12,791 nt of DNA from Campylobacterota bacterium. GTDB taxonomy: Bacteria; Campylobacterota; Campylobacteria; Campylobacterales; Sulfurimonadaceae. Position 1 is the stretch's first letter. Every line of letters starts with the position of its first letter. Both the position numbers and the translations under genes were made by a program. This document shows, one piece after another, positions 1-7,133 of the stretch. Under the pieces are notes generated by a model. The model was not told the DNA's origin, made no database searches, and was given only the letters and a program-made list of their open reading frames with translations. The stretch covers positions 1 through 12,791 of the forward strand of contig JAYEMF010000035.1 of NCBI GenBank assembly GCA_034717975.1, given 5' to 3'.

Positions 1-26
1 TTATATAACTTTCATAAATATAAAAA

Positions 27-1970
27 TTAAAACAGGTACTCCACCCCAGCCCAGAATCGGCGCTCGATGACAGGGACTATGACACGGTTGCCAGGGGTGA
101 CCATATAATCCCACTCCAGTCCGTCGTCAAAGATATTTTCCCCTTTGAGATTGAATGTCAGGTCCCTCGTGGGATGATAGCGGACACCGGCACTGTAGTC
201 ATGGCCGTTGGAAACATATGCGTATCCTTCATGAATAATCAGTTCATTGAAGAGGTCAAAATTTCCGAAGCTGTTTAACATCCGGATGACACCCATATGA
301 TGACGGGCGTCACGGCCATCTTGCACAGGCGATTCGAGAAAAAATGTGCTGATCTGCAGTTCGAGTTTGTCTTTTTCCCGAAAGAAAAAGGTCTGCTCGA
401 GGGCGGCTGAGTGGCCGTATATATCTTTGTCGCTGTTTATCATCTTTCCATAGGTGGGACTGGCCGGATCTGCATCGAGGATCGGCGTATCTTCATTTTT
501 ACCGTACCCTAAAACAAGCTTTGTCAGTGTCGTATCGGTATGATAGGCAAACTCCTGAAAGATGGAGTAGTAGGCCTCTTTGTCAAGATCTGCATTGCCA
601 TACTGCGTTGAAGTGGTCATATAGGGCTCTGATGAAAACTCCTGATGGGAGAGAAAGGTTTTGGCTACCCAGTGCTCATCGGTATAGATGTACCCCAGAC
701 GTCCCTGAAAGGTCTCCTGATCATCCACACTGCTCTGCTTTCGATGATAATGCTGTCCCATCAGTGAAAAGGTCACCATCTGATGCTCATCGATGCTGTA
801 CTCATCCTGCAGAAAAAGGGAGTAGACGTCTTCGCTATAGTAGGGCTGATCGGTAGGTAAAGGGAAAGGAGTCGGCGGTGGCGGATCAATTAAATATATA
901 TCTGCATCGGTATCGGTCGAATCAAAATGTTTATGTCGAAACTGTATGCCTCCGCTTAGGGTATGCTCTTCAAAATGCCATGTTTTTTTGACTCCGGCTG
1001 TATAGCTGTCCTCCTTGCTTTGCTGATCGAGTGAGTAGAGGGCAAGCGTGCCAATTCCCGGACGAACGGTTAATGCAGGATTTGTTGGAGCGTAATCAAA
1101 GTCATACTCACCGGTTTTATTAAGAAATGAGAGATCCAATGTCACTGTTTTGTCTTGAAAGGTCGAATGTGATGCAACGCTGATATAGCGGGCCTTTGTA
1201 GCAGTCTCCTGCGGAGTCGCCCCTACTAGAGTACCCAAAAAGGCATCTCCTTTTTGATGGTAACCGTGTATGTCGAGGCGGTGGTTTTCTGAAGCGATCG
1301 AAGCGAAAACCCGTTCTTTTCGTGCATTGCGTTTGAGTGTTTCACCGTCATGGCTGAACTCTTTACGTTCATTGTCATATCGGCTGGCATAGGCAAAATA
1401 AGAGAGACCGTCAAACTCATCGGCATAATAGGCACTTTCGAGGTTGGCACCATAGGTTCCGCCCTGTGCTCTGATGCGTCCGCCGGCATCGTGTTCGGCG
1501 GTTTTACTGTAAAGCCGGATGACGATGGTGGCCGGTTCGATCCCGAAGTCAAAAGAGGGGAAGCCTTCATAGATCTCGATATGGTCGATAAAATCGAGTT
1601 CCATGTCGCCAAAATGGACAAATCCGCTTCCGGCAAGGGGTGTATACAGCTCATTGTCATTCAGGTAGAGCCTGACGCTTTTACTGTAATAGGTGACGGG
1701 ATCCTGATTGAGCATGTCCGGCTGCCCCATCCGGTTTTCTGCGTAGTGAAAAAAGCGCAGCGATTTGATGATGTCCTTAAGGGTATTGGCCTGCATCCGC
1801 TCCAGATCGTCACGTGTGTAGACGATGAGGTTACCGGCAGCTTCATCTTTGGTTTTGTTGGAAAGCTCAGAGGCTTTTTCGTAGGCAGTGAGCAGGTTGT
1901 CGATCTCTTCAGAGTATGCTGATACGGTCAGTATCGATGTGAGTATAAAAAGATGAAGCAGTTTCTGCAT
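27..1970 (-). CDS. TonB-dependent receptor-like outer-membrane beta-barrel protein with plug domain (647 aa)
   Basis: Sec signal peptide (MQKLLHLFILTSILTVSAYS). Plug-like segments (LIVYTRDDLERMQANTLKDII; IDHIEIYEG). Amphipathic aromatic-rich beta-strands and a C-terminal ENIFD...RRFWAGVEYLF ending in Phe. SD AAGGA at 1976-1980 (-). Confidence 0.85.
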   Translation of the reverse strand: MQKLLHLFILTSILTVSAYSEEIDNLLTAYEKASELSNKTKDEAAGNLIVYTRDDLERMQANTLKDIIKSLRFFHYAENRMGQPDMLNQDPVTYYSKSVRLYLNDNELYTPLAGSGFVHFGDMELDFIDHIEIYEGFPSFDFGIEPATIVIRLYSKTAEHDAGGRIRAQGGTYGANLESAYYADEFDGLSYFAYASRYDNERKEFSHDGETLKRNARKERVFASIASENHRLDIHGYHQKGDAFLGTLVGATPQETATKARYISVASHSTFQDKTVTLDLSFLNKTGEYDFDYAPTNPALTVRPGIGTLALYSLDQQSKEDSYTAGVKKTWHFEEHTLSGGIQFRHKHFDSTDTDADIYLIDPPPPTPFPLPTDQPYYSEDVYSLFLQDEYSIDEHQMVTFSLMGQHYHRKQSSVDDQETFQGRLGYIYTDEHWVAKTFLSHQEFSSEPYMTTSTQYGNADLDKEAYYSIFQEFAYHTDTTLTKLVLGYGKNEDTPILDADPASPTYGKMINSDKDIYGHSAALEQTFFFREKDKLELQISTFFLESPVQDGRDARHHMGVIRMLNSFGNFDLFNELIIHEGYAYVSNGHDYSAGVRYHPTRDLTFNLKGENIFDDGLEWDYMVTPGNRVIVPVIERRFWAGVEYLF

Positions 1971-1999
1971 CCCTTTCCTTTGTTAAACAAGTATGACAC

Positions 2000-2009
2000 A
2001 TTATACTCA
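2000..2009 (-). promoter_or_regulatory. Putative sigma70 -10 box (TGAG-TATAAT) for the receptor gene
   Basis: Minus strand reads tgagTATAAT, with a perfect hexamer at 2000-2005, about 30 nt upstream of the ATG at 1970. Confidence 0.55.
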
Positions 2010-2028
2010 AAGAGGCGCCCTTAATATA

Positions 2029-2502
2029 TTAAAACATCTTTTTGATCGCGTCGGTCATTCCGATATGAAGATTATAGTTGGCGATGGGGAAATCAAGCGA
2101 TTCGTTTTCAAGGTCAACCGTGTAGCTGCTCAGATAGGAGCCGAGTGGTTCGAGATCAATGTGTTTGTACTCAGCACTCTTTTCAGCGGCATAGTCGGTT
2201 CGTTCGAGCCTGCCGCTGGCGTTGCTTTTCTGCAAAGTGAAAGCGAGGGTTTTCAGACTCAGAAGGTCACACCAGCCAAGCAGCAGTTCGGGGGTGAGTG
2301 TTTCCACCGGTTTTCCTTCCGGAGTAAAGAGAAGCTGCTGCTCTTTGAGTGGCTCTAAAACAGAGAGAAGAGCTTCCAGAAAAGGGACTGTTTTTTGTAC
2401 CCAGAACGGGGACTCGTCAGAGTTTTCCAGAGCGAGTGTTATAGCGCTGATGATCTCTTCTGAAGTGGCATCGTGGAGCAGTTGGGACATCGGTTTAAAC
2501 AT
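2029..2502 (-). CDS. Hypothetical all-helical protein (157 aa), resembling the all-alpha domain of DotL/IcmO/TrbC coupling proteins
   Basis: Clean ORF starting 2 nt after the S4 gene stop, with no signal peptide or TM segment. The blocks FWVQKTVPFLEALLSVL, DLLSLKTLA, LEPLGSYL and NLHIGMT match, in order, the DotL helical insert as I recall it. Alternative ATG at 2490. The confidence value refers to the CDS; the family call is less certain. Confidence 0.8.
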   Translation of the reverse strand: MFKPMSQLLHDATSEEIISAITLALENSDESPFWVQKTVPFLEALLSVLEPLKEQQLLFTPEGKPVETLTPELLLGWCDLLSLKTLAFTLQKSNASGRLERTDYAAEKSAEYKHIDLEPLGSYLSSYTVDLENESLDFPIANYNLHIGMTDAIKKMF

Positions 2503-2504
2503 GG

Positions 2505-2711
2505 CTAGTCTGTCACTTCAATGGTCACATCAGCGATGGTAATGGTGTCTCCGGCGATGATCTTGGCACGCTTGCGGGTCTCGACCTCTCCGTTTCGAAA
2601 TACCATCTCATTGGCGATCAGCTGTTTGGCTTCACCGCCGCTGTCGACAAGGTCGAGAAGTTTGATAAGTTTGTAGAGTTCAATGTAGTCGTCTTTGAGT
2701 TGATAGGTCAT
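2505..2711 (-). CDS. Stand-alone S4-domain RNA-binding protein (YbcJ/YaaA family, 68 aa)
   Basis: YIELYKLIK...SGGEAKQLI...V.RNGEVETRKRAKI..GD.I is the hallmark S4_2/YbcJ pattern. Confidence 0.92.
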   Translation of the reverse strand: MTYQLKDDYIELYKLIKLLDLVDSGGEAKQLIANEMVFRNGEVETRKRAKIIAGDTITIADVTIEVTD

Positions 2712-2737
2712 GTTGTTTTATGCTCGTTTTATAAGAA

Positions 2738-2770
2738 ATTGTAGAATGGTAACAGATAATGTGTTAAAAT
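2738..2770. promoter_or_regulatory. Divergent promoter pair: TACAAT (-, 2738-2743) and extended -10 TGtTAAAAT (+, 2762-2770)
   Basis: AT-rich 101-bp gap between divergent genes, with -10-like hexamers correctly oriented on each strand. SD AAAGGA at 2801-2806 serves the cytochrome gene. Confidence 0.5.
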
Positions 2771-2812
2771 CTTTTTCATACCACGCCCGATTTTTTTATT
2801 AAAGGATATCAC

Positions 2813-3370
2813 ATGAAAACCTACTCACTTCAGCTGCGTATCTGGCACTGGCTTCACGCCATTACTGTTCTGGGACTGCTGGGAACTTTCTTTCTTCGTA
2901 AAACTTTTTTGAGCTGGCGGGCCAACTCCGAGATATTGATGGCTAAACTTGCCGAGTTCGATATCGTCGTTACGGCAGATCAGGCCAAGGCGCTTGCCAA
3001 AGCCGTTCGTGCCCCGATGTGGGAGTGGCACATCATACTCGGCTTTGTGTTTGCCGCGCTGGTACTGTGGCGGCTGGTCATGATCGTAAAAGATGGCTTT
3101 GGCTACAGCGCTGAAGATACCCATATGAAACTGGTACACCTGGGCTACAAGGTTATCTATGTGGTGTTGACTTTTATGGCGATAAGCGGGATCGTGATCT
3201 ATCTCTATCAGGATATCGGACTGACTAAAGATACCGCTCATAGCATTAAAGAGATCCATGAACTTACAGCCTGGGGTGTCGCAGGTTTTGTCATAATGCA
3301 CATTGCCGGGGTGTTCGTCGCGGATAACCAGGATCAAAAAGGGATCGTCTCCCGAATGATCTCCGGTTAG
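2813..3370 (+). CDS. Di-heme cytochrome b (cytochrome b561 / Ni-hydrogenase cyt b-like, 4 TM, 185 aa)
   Basis: R..HW motif (LRIWHWLHA), WEWH at the start of TM2, IHE...MHIAG in TM4, C-terminal SRMISG, four hydrophobic segments and a strong SD. Confidence 0.9.
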   Translation: MKTYSLQLRIWHWLHAITVLGLLGTFFLRKTFLSWRANSEILMAKLAEFDIVVTADQAKALAKAVRAPMWEWHIILGFVFAALVLWRLVMIVKDGFGYSAEDTHMKLVHLGYKVIYVVLTFMAISGIVIYLYQDIGLTKDTAHSIKEIHELTAWGVAGFVIMHIAGVFVADNQDQKGIVSRMISG

Positions 3371-3381
3371 GTATAACCGGA
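3362..3381. repeat. 8-bp hairpin TCCGGTTA-GGTA-TAACCGGA spanning the cytochrome b stop codon
   Basis: Arms at 3362-3369 and 3374-3381 are exact reverse complements. Confidence 0.6.
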
Positions 3382-3414
3382 TTAAGGGCAAGCTTGAGTG
3401 CCACAGTGGCTAGC

Positions 3415-3442
3415 GTAGTCAAATGGGCTTAGCTCATTTGAC
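3415..3442 (+). repeat. REP-like palindrome GTA-GTCAAATGGGCT-T-AGCTCATTTGAC (possible bidirectional terminator or 3' stabiliser)
   Basis: 12-nt arms at 3418-3429 and 3431-3442 with one G-T pair. GTAG at 3415-3418 sits at the foot of the stem. Lies between convergent genes. Confidence 0.6.
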
Positions 3443-3445
3443 GTG

Positions 3446-3468
3446 CTGAAGAGATTAAATCTCTTCAG
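3446..3468. repeat. 10-bp hairpin CTGAAGAGAT-TAA-ATCTCTTCAG spanning the stop codon of the FedB-like gene
   Basis: Arms at 3446-3455 and 3459-3468 are exact reverse complements. Confidence 0.6.
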
Positions 3469-3982
3469 TAATAATGCTATAGCCAAGTTCATGCATACGC
3501 ATATCGATCATCTCGACAGCTTTTTCAATGGTCTGGTAGCTGATGTCGGGCAGCTTTCCTCCCCACATCGCTTCGGCTTCATTAAACCCCTGTAAGATAC
3601 CGGCCCGTCCGGCACGCAGCAGGTCTTCATTGTCGCCGGCACCGTTAAGCACAAAGTTGGCGATCCGCTCAGAGGTCTGGGTGACTCCGAAAAAACCATC
3701 TTCCGAGACAAGCTCGGCAGCTTCATCCTGTGAGAGTTCGGCGATCGGTCCGCCGTTATAGCCAATACCCTCCAGAAAACTTTGGAACTCCTCGTAATCA
3801 GCCTGAAAATTGTTATCTGCAATACCGCTTTGAAATTCAAACGAGGTGTAACTGTAGCTGAACGACTGCTCCTGCATCTGAAAACTCAACTGCTTATCAT
3901 TACCCTTCTCGCTTTTATTGGTTTGAAGAGAGGTGTAATTTGTATGAAGGTTCATGGTTGAAAATGATGCTGAGATATTCAT
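3455..3982 (-). CDS. Cj0391c/FedB-like protein (DUF5610-type; family often labelled 'hydrogenase-4 component G'), 175 aa
   Basis: The C-terminal motif GY.G.PI.ELSQDEAAELVSEDGFFGV..TSERIA.FV..GAGD....L..GR.G...GF.EAE.MWGGKLP.IS..TI is recognised from Campylobacterota homologs. I moved the start from 4117 to the ATG at 3982 because AAGGAG lies at 3989-3994 (-) and the longer ORF overlaps the upstream gene. Confidence 0.82.
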   Translation of the reverse strand: MNISASFSTMNLHTNYTSLQTNKSEKGNDKQLSFQMQEQSFSYSYTSFEFQSGIADNNFQADYEEFQSFLEGIGYNGGPIAELSQDEAAELVSEDGFFGVTQTSERIANFVLNGAGDNEDLLRAGRAGILQGFNEAEAMWGGKLPDISYQTIEKAVEMIDMRMHELGYSIITEEI

Positions 3983-4041
3983 GGCTGACTCCTTTATTGA
4001 TTGTGAAGCCACATCAATTGAGAGACTTCTATCTAGCAGCA

Positions 4042-4068
4042 ATATCGGCAGTTTTAAGTATTTACTAA
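4042..4068 (-). promoter_or_regulatory. Putative sigma28 (FliA) promoter TTAG-N15-GCCGATAT
   Basis: Minus-strand GCCGATAT at 4042-4049 matches the consensus GCCGATAA at 7 of 8 positions. The -35 is weak (TTAG versus TAAA). Confidence 0.55.
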
Positions 4069-4622
4069 AGCAGACCCCGGCGTTTGAGCTCAGCCGCTGC
4101 TGCTTCACCGATTTCATGCTTCAGGATGTCGATAGCGGTCGGATTCTCTGTGAGTTGCAGGGCTGTGCCATAGGGATATTTACGTTCGATGCTTTGCAGC
4201 TCTTCATCAGATACCTGCTGGATTGTCTCATCGGAGAGTTTTGCCTTTGTGACATTGAAATGGTTGAGCTTTCGCTGCTCTTCGATCTCGAAAAAGAAAA
4301 GATTTGCAGGTTTCTTGTTTCTGCCAAAAGCGACATCAAGATACTCCTGGTAGGTATAACCCCTCTGTTTTGTATAATGCTTGAAGGCCTTTTTGCTCAT
4401 CTGCAGCAGTTTTTCTCTAAGAGCAGCTTGTTCATCTACTCTTGCTTTTTCATCGTCTGCAATGGCATCTTTAAACTTCTCAATACGCTTGACTTTTTCC
4501 TGGGCATGGACTCTTTTTGATCGTTTGCGCAGCCGACTTATGAGAAAAATGATGAGAATAAGTACGGCTATGATGCCAGCGGCAGTAAAGATAAGGGAGT
4601 TGTCGGAAATCATGTTTTGCAT
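4065..4622 (-). CDS. Hypothetical single-pass membrane protein (185 aa)
   Basis: N-terminal hydrophobic helix (LIFTAAGIIAVLILIIFLI), then a basic cluster (RLRKRSKR) and a charged helical or coiled-coil segment. It fills the gap between co-oriented genes. No family recognised. Confidence 0.78.
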   Translation of the reverse strand: MQNMISDNSLIFTAAGIIAVLILIIFLISRLRKRSKRVHAQEKVKRIEKFKDAIADDEKARVDEQAALREKLLQMSKKAFKHYTKQRGYTYQEYLDVAFGRNKKPANLFFFEIEEQRKLNHFNVTKAKLSDETIQQVSDEELQSIERKYPYGTALQLTENPTAIDILKHEIGEAAAAELKRRGLL

Positions 4623-4628
4623 GTGAGA

Positions 4629-4643
4629 AGTATAGAAAAAAAA
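4629..4643 (-). promoter_or_regulatory. -10 box TATACT with an upstream T8 tract, 6 nt before the ATG (leaderless configuration)
   Basis: Minus strand reads TTTTTTTT-C-TATACT-TCTCAC-ATG, with no SD. Confidence 0.55.
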
Positions 4644-4686
4644 GGTTTACAGAGCGCTTGAAAAGGCAGTTGCAATGAAGATGGGT

Positions 4687-4959
4687 TTACCAGGTGTCAC
4701 GCGGTGGTCGAGGCTCTTTCGGACGGGCTTCGTTGACACAGATATGCCGGCCGTCAATTTCATAATTTTCAAGTTTTTTTATGGCTTCATCGGCTTCATC
4801 GTCGTTAGGCATCTCAACAAATCCAAATCCGCGCTGTCGTCCCGTTTCCCTGTCATTGATCATGTTGACCGAGGTGACCTGGCCATACTGTTCGAAGAGT
4901 CTCCTAAGCTCCTCTTCCGTTTGGGTGAAAGGGATGTTGCCTACATAGATCTGCGTCAT
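4687..4959 (-). CDS. RRM (RNP-1) RNA-binding protein, 90 aa
   Basis: RNP2 IYVGNI, DRETGR, RNP1 RGFGFVEM and VNEARP. Start set at the ATG at 4959 by SD AAGGAG at 4967-4972 (-), rather than the TTG at 4992. Confidence 0.95.
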   Translation of the reverse strand: MTQIYVGNIPFTQTEEELRRLFEQYGQVTSVNMINDRETGRQRGFGFVEMPNDDEADEAIKKLENYEIDGRHICVNEARPKEPRPPRDTW

Positions 4960-4991
4960 GTTACGACTCCTTGTAACAAAATAATACGCCA

Positions 4992-5015
4992 ATTTTATCG
5001 GAAAGATATTAGAAT
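4992..5015. promoter_or_regulatory. Back-to-back -10 boxes: TAAAAT (-, 4992-4997, RRM gene) and TAGAAT (+, 5010-5015, pta)
   Basis: Hexamers are correctly oriented in the 86-bp AT-rich divergent gap. Confidence 0.45.
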
Positions 5016-5045
5016 AGTGAAGAAACTATATTTTTGGAACCATTC

Positions 5046-7133
5046 ATGAAAATAAAAAGCCTTTATATCGCTTCGCTTGAACCGATGGCCGGAAGTCTGT
5101 TTGTGACGGTCGGGATGACAGAGCTCCTCAAACGTCGGCTTGACAAGATCGCCTTTTTTTCTCCGGTTATAGAGTGTGACAAGAAGCCTGATTGCGATAC
5201 CGTCTTTATGCTAGAGCACTTTTCAATCGATATGCCCTATGAAGATACCTATGGGTTTACGGTTGATGAGGTTGAGTCGATGGTGGCCGACGGCCGTGGA
5301 AAAGAGGTGGTTGAGACTCTGATCAAAAAGTTTAAACAGCTTGAGCGTAATTATGATTTTGTGATCTGCGAGGGGTTGAACCGTATCAGTTTTACAGCGA
5401 TTTTTGATTTTGATATCAATCACCTTCTTGCAAAAAACTTTAACAGTCCCTATATAAGTATTTTGAATGGTAAAGAGAAAGAGAGTTCGGAACTGATAGA
5501 AGAGATTCAGATTGAAGAGCAGGTGAACCGTCGGGCGGGGGTCAATCACTTCGCTACGTTTGTCAACAGGATCGATGAGAAGGCATTTGATGAAATCAGT
5601 CAAAAACCGCCTGAGACAGGAAGGCCGGTCTATCTGCTTCCGGAAGTTGAGGAGCTTGACCGTCCGTCGGTAGGGGAGGTGATGCAGACACTGGATTGTC
5701 GTCATATCTATGGTGCTCCCGAAGATCTTTCACGTGAAGTCCGACAGAGTAAAATCGCTGCGATGACACTTGAAAACTATCTGCTTCATATTGAGGAGGG
5801 TGACCTGATCATTGTACCGGGTGACCGTGCAGACATCATCATCACTTCACTGGCCGCTGTCTACTCCCAAAAATATCCACACATTGCCGGTCTTTTACTA
5901 ACGGGAGGTCTCTCTCCCAGGAAGCAGGTTATGAAGCTCTTTAAGGGATTGAACTATTTTCCTATTCCGATCCTCAGCATTGAAACCGATACCTATACGA
6001 CAGCCGTGGCAGTAGATGAAGTTCCCTCCAGGATCAGGCCGCACAGTGACCGTAAGATAGCTCTGGCCATGGGGCTTTTCAATACTCACGTCGATATAGA
6101 GCAGGTCGAGAGCAAGCTAAATACCGTTTCGTGTAATGTTGTTACGCCAAGTATGTTCGAGTTTAACCTGTTTGAACAGGCGCGGTCCGTGCGTAAAAAG
6201 ATCGTCCTGCCTGAAAGTGCTGATGACAGGATCCTGCAGGCTGCGGAGATTCTGCTCCGCCGTGATGTGGTCGATATCGTTTTGCTCGGTGATCCAAAAG
6301 AGATCGCCCATAAAAGTGCGATGCTGGGTCTTGATATCAGCCGTGCCGAGATTATTAAACCGGATGAATCACCGTTAATGAAGAAGTTTACGGATGAATT
6401 TTATGAACTTCGTAAAGCCAAAGGTCTGACACGGGATACTGCAGAAGATGCAATGATGCATCTGACCTATTTTGCGACAATGATGGTGCATCTCGGGTAT
6501 GCGGACGGAATGGTCTCGGGAGCGATCCATACGACAGGTGAAACGATCCGTCCGGCACTGCAGATCATTAAGACCCGGCCGGGGATCTCCATTGTCTCTA
6601 GTGTCTTCTTTATGTGTATGGATACCCGTGTGCTGGTCTATGGTGATTGTGCGGTCAATCAGGATCCAAATGCTGAAGAGCTTGCCGAGATCGCGATCTC
6701 ATCAGCGGAAACGGCAGGGATGTTCAACGTCGATCCGAAGATCGCTATGCTCTCTTACTCGACGGGGGATTCGGGAACCGGCGATGATGTTGAAAAGGTA
6801 CGCAAAGCGACGAAGATCGTTAAAAAAAGCCGACCGGACCTGCTTATAGAGGGGCCGATCCAGTATGATGCGGCGATTGAACCGAGTGTGGCTAAGAAAA
6901 AACTGCCAAAAAGTGATGTGGCCGGCAAGGCGACGATCTTTATCTTCCCGGATCTCAATACGGGGAACAATACCTACAAGGCTGTTCAACGCTCGTCGGG
7001 TGCTGTGGCGATCGGGCCGGTACTGCAGGGTCTGAAAAAACCGGTCAATGACCTTAGCCGCGGCTGTCTTGTGGCCGATATCGTCAATACGGTTGCGATT
7101 ACGGCCATTCAGGCACAGGGGATTGAGAAATGA
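5046..7133 (+). CDS. pta: Phosphate acetyltransferase, long form (BioD-like N-domain, DRTGG, PTA_PTB), 695 aa
   Basis: LIIVPGDRADI (DRTGG-type), IVLPESADDRIL, GDCAVN, GPIQYDAA, FIFPDLNTGNNTYKAVQR and QGLKKPVNDLSRG. ATG at 5046 (MKIKSLYI) preferred over the TTG at 5034. Confidence 0.97.
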   Translation: MKIKSLYIASLEPMAGSLFVTVGMTELLKRRLDKIAFFSPVIECDKKPDCDTVFMLEHFSIDMPYEDTYGFTVDEVESMVADGRGKEVVETLIKKFKQLERNYDFVICEGLNRISFTAIFDFDINHLLAKNFNSPYISILNGKEKESSELIEEIQIEEQVNRRAGVNHFATFVNRIDEKAFDEISQKPPETGRPVYLLPEVEELDRPSVGEVMQTLDCRHIYGAPEDLSREVRQSKIAAMTLENYLLHIEEGDLIIVPGDRADIIITSLAAVYSQKYPHIAGLLLTGGLSPRKQVMKLFKGLNYFPIPILSIETDTYTTAVAVDEVPSRIRPHSDRKIALAMGLFNTHVDIEQVESKLNTVSCNVVTPSMFEFNLFEQARSVRKKIVLPESADDRILQAAEILLRRDVVDIVLLGDPKEIAHKSAMLGLDISRAEIIKPDESPLMKKFTDEFYELRKAKGLTRDTAEDAMMHLTYFATMMVHLGYADGMVSGAIHTTGETIRPALQIIKTRPGISIVSSVFFMCMDTRVLVYGDCAVNQDPNAEELAEIAISSAETAGMFNVDPKIAMLSYSTGDSGTGDDVEKVRKATKIVKKSRPDLLIEGPIQYDAAIEPSVAKKKLPKSDVAGKATIFIFPDLNTGNNTYKAVQRSSGAVAIGPVLQGLKKPVNDLSRGCLVADIVNTVAITAIQAQGIEK

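Noticed and set aside
521..1922. Alternative-frame and antisense ORFs inside the receptor gene (521-856, 1226-1660, 1350-1922, 1661-1846)
   Set aside because: They lie entirely within a well-supported CDS and have no recognisable motifs, so they are shadow ORFs.
1993..3391. ORFs 1993-2358 (+), 2222-2542 (+) and 2825-3391 (-)
   Set aside because: They are antisense to better-supported genes and have no recognisable domains.
2813..3982. Hydrogenase locus suggested by the cytochrome b next to a 'hydrogenase-4 component G'-labelled family
   Set aside because: No hydrogenase subunits or maturases are present, the genes are convergent, and the second protein lacks Cys ligands.
3983..4117. 45-codon N-terminal extension of the FedB-like ORF
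   Set aside because: It overlaps the upstream CDS and the sigma28-like promoter, and a strong SD supports the ATG at 3982.
3954..4520. 188-aa hydrophobic plus-strand ORF
   Set aside because: Its Phe/Leu richness is the antisense mirror of the Lys/Glu-rich minus-strand gene, and it overlaps two genes.
4995..5002. TCCGATAA (-) as a sigma28 -10 for the RRM gene
   Set aside because: The matching -35 position reads TTCA, and the overlapping TAAAAT is a simpler sigma70 explanation.
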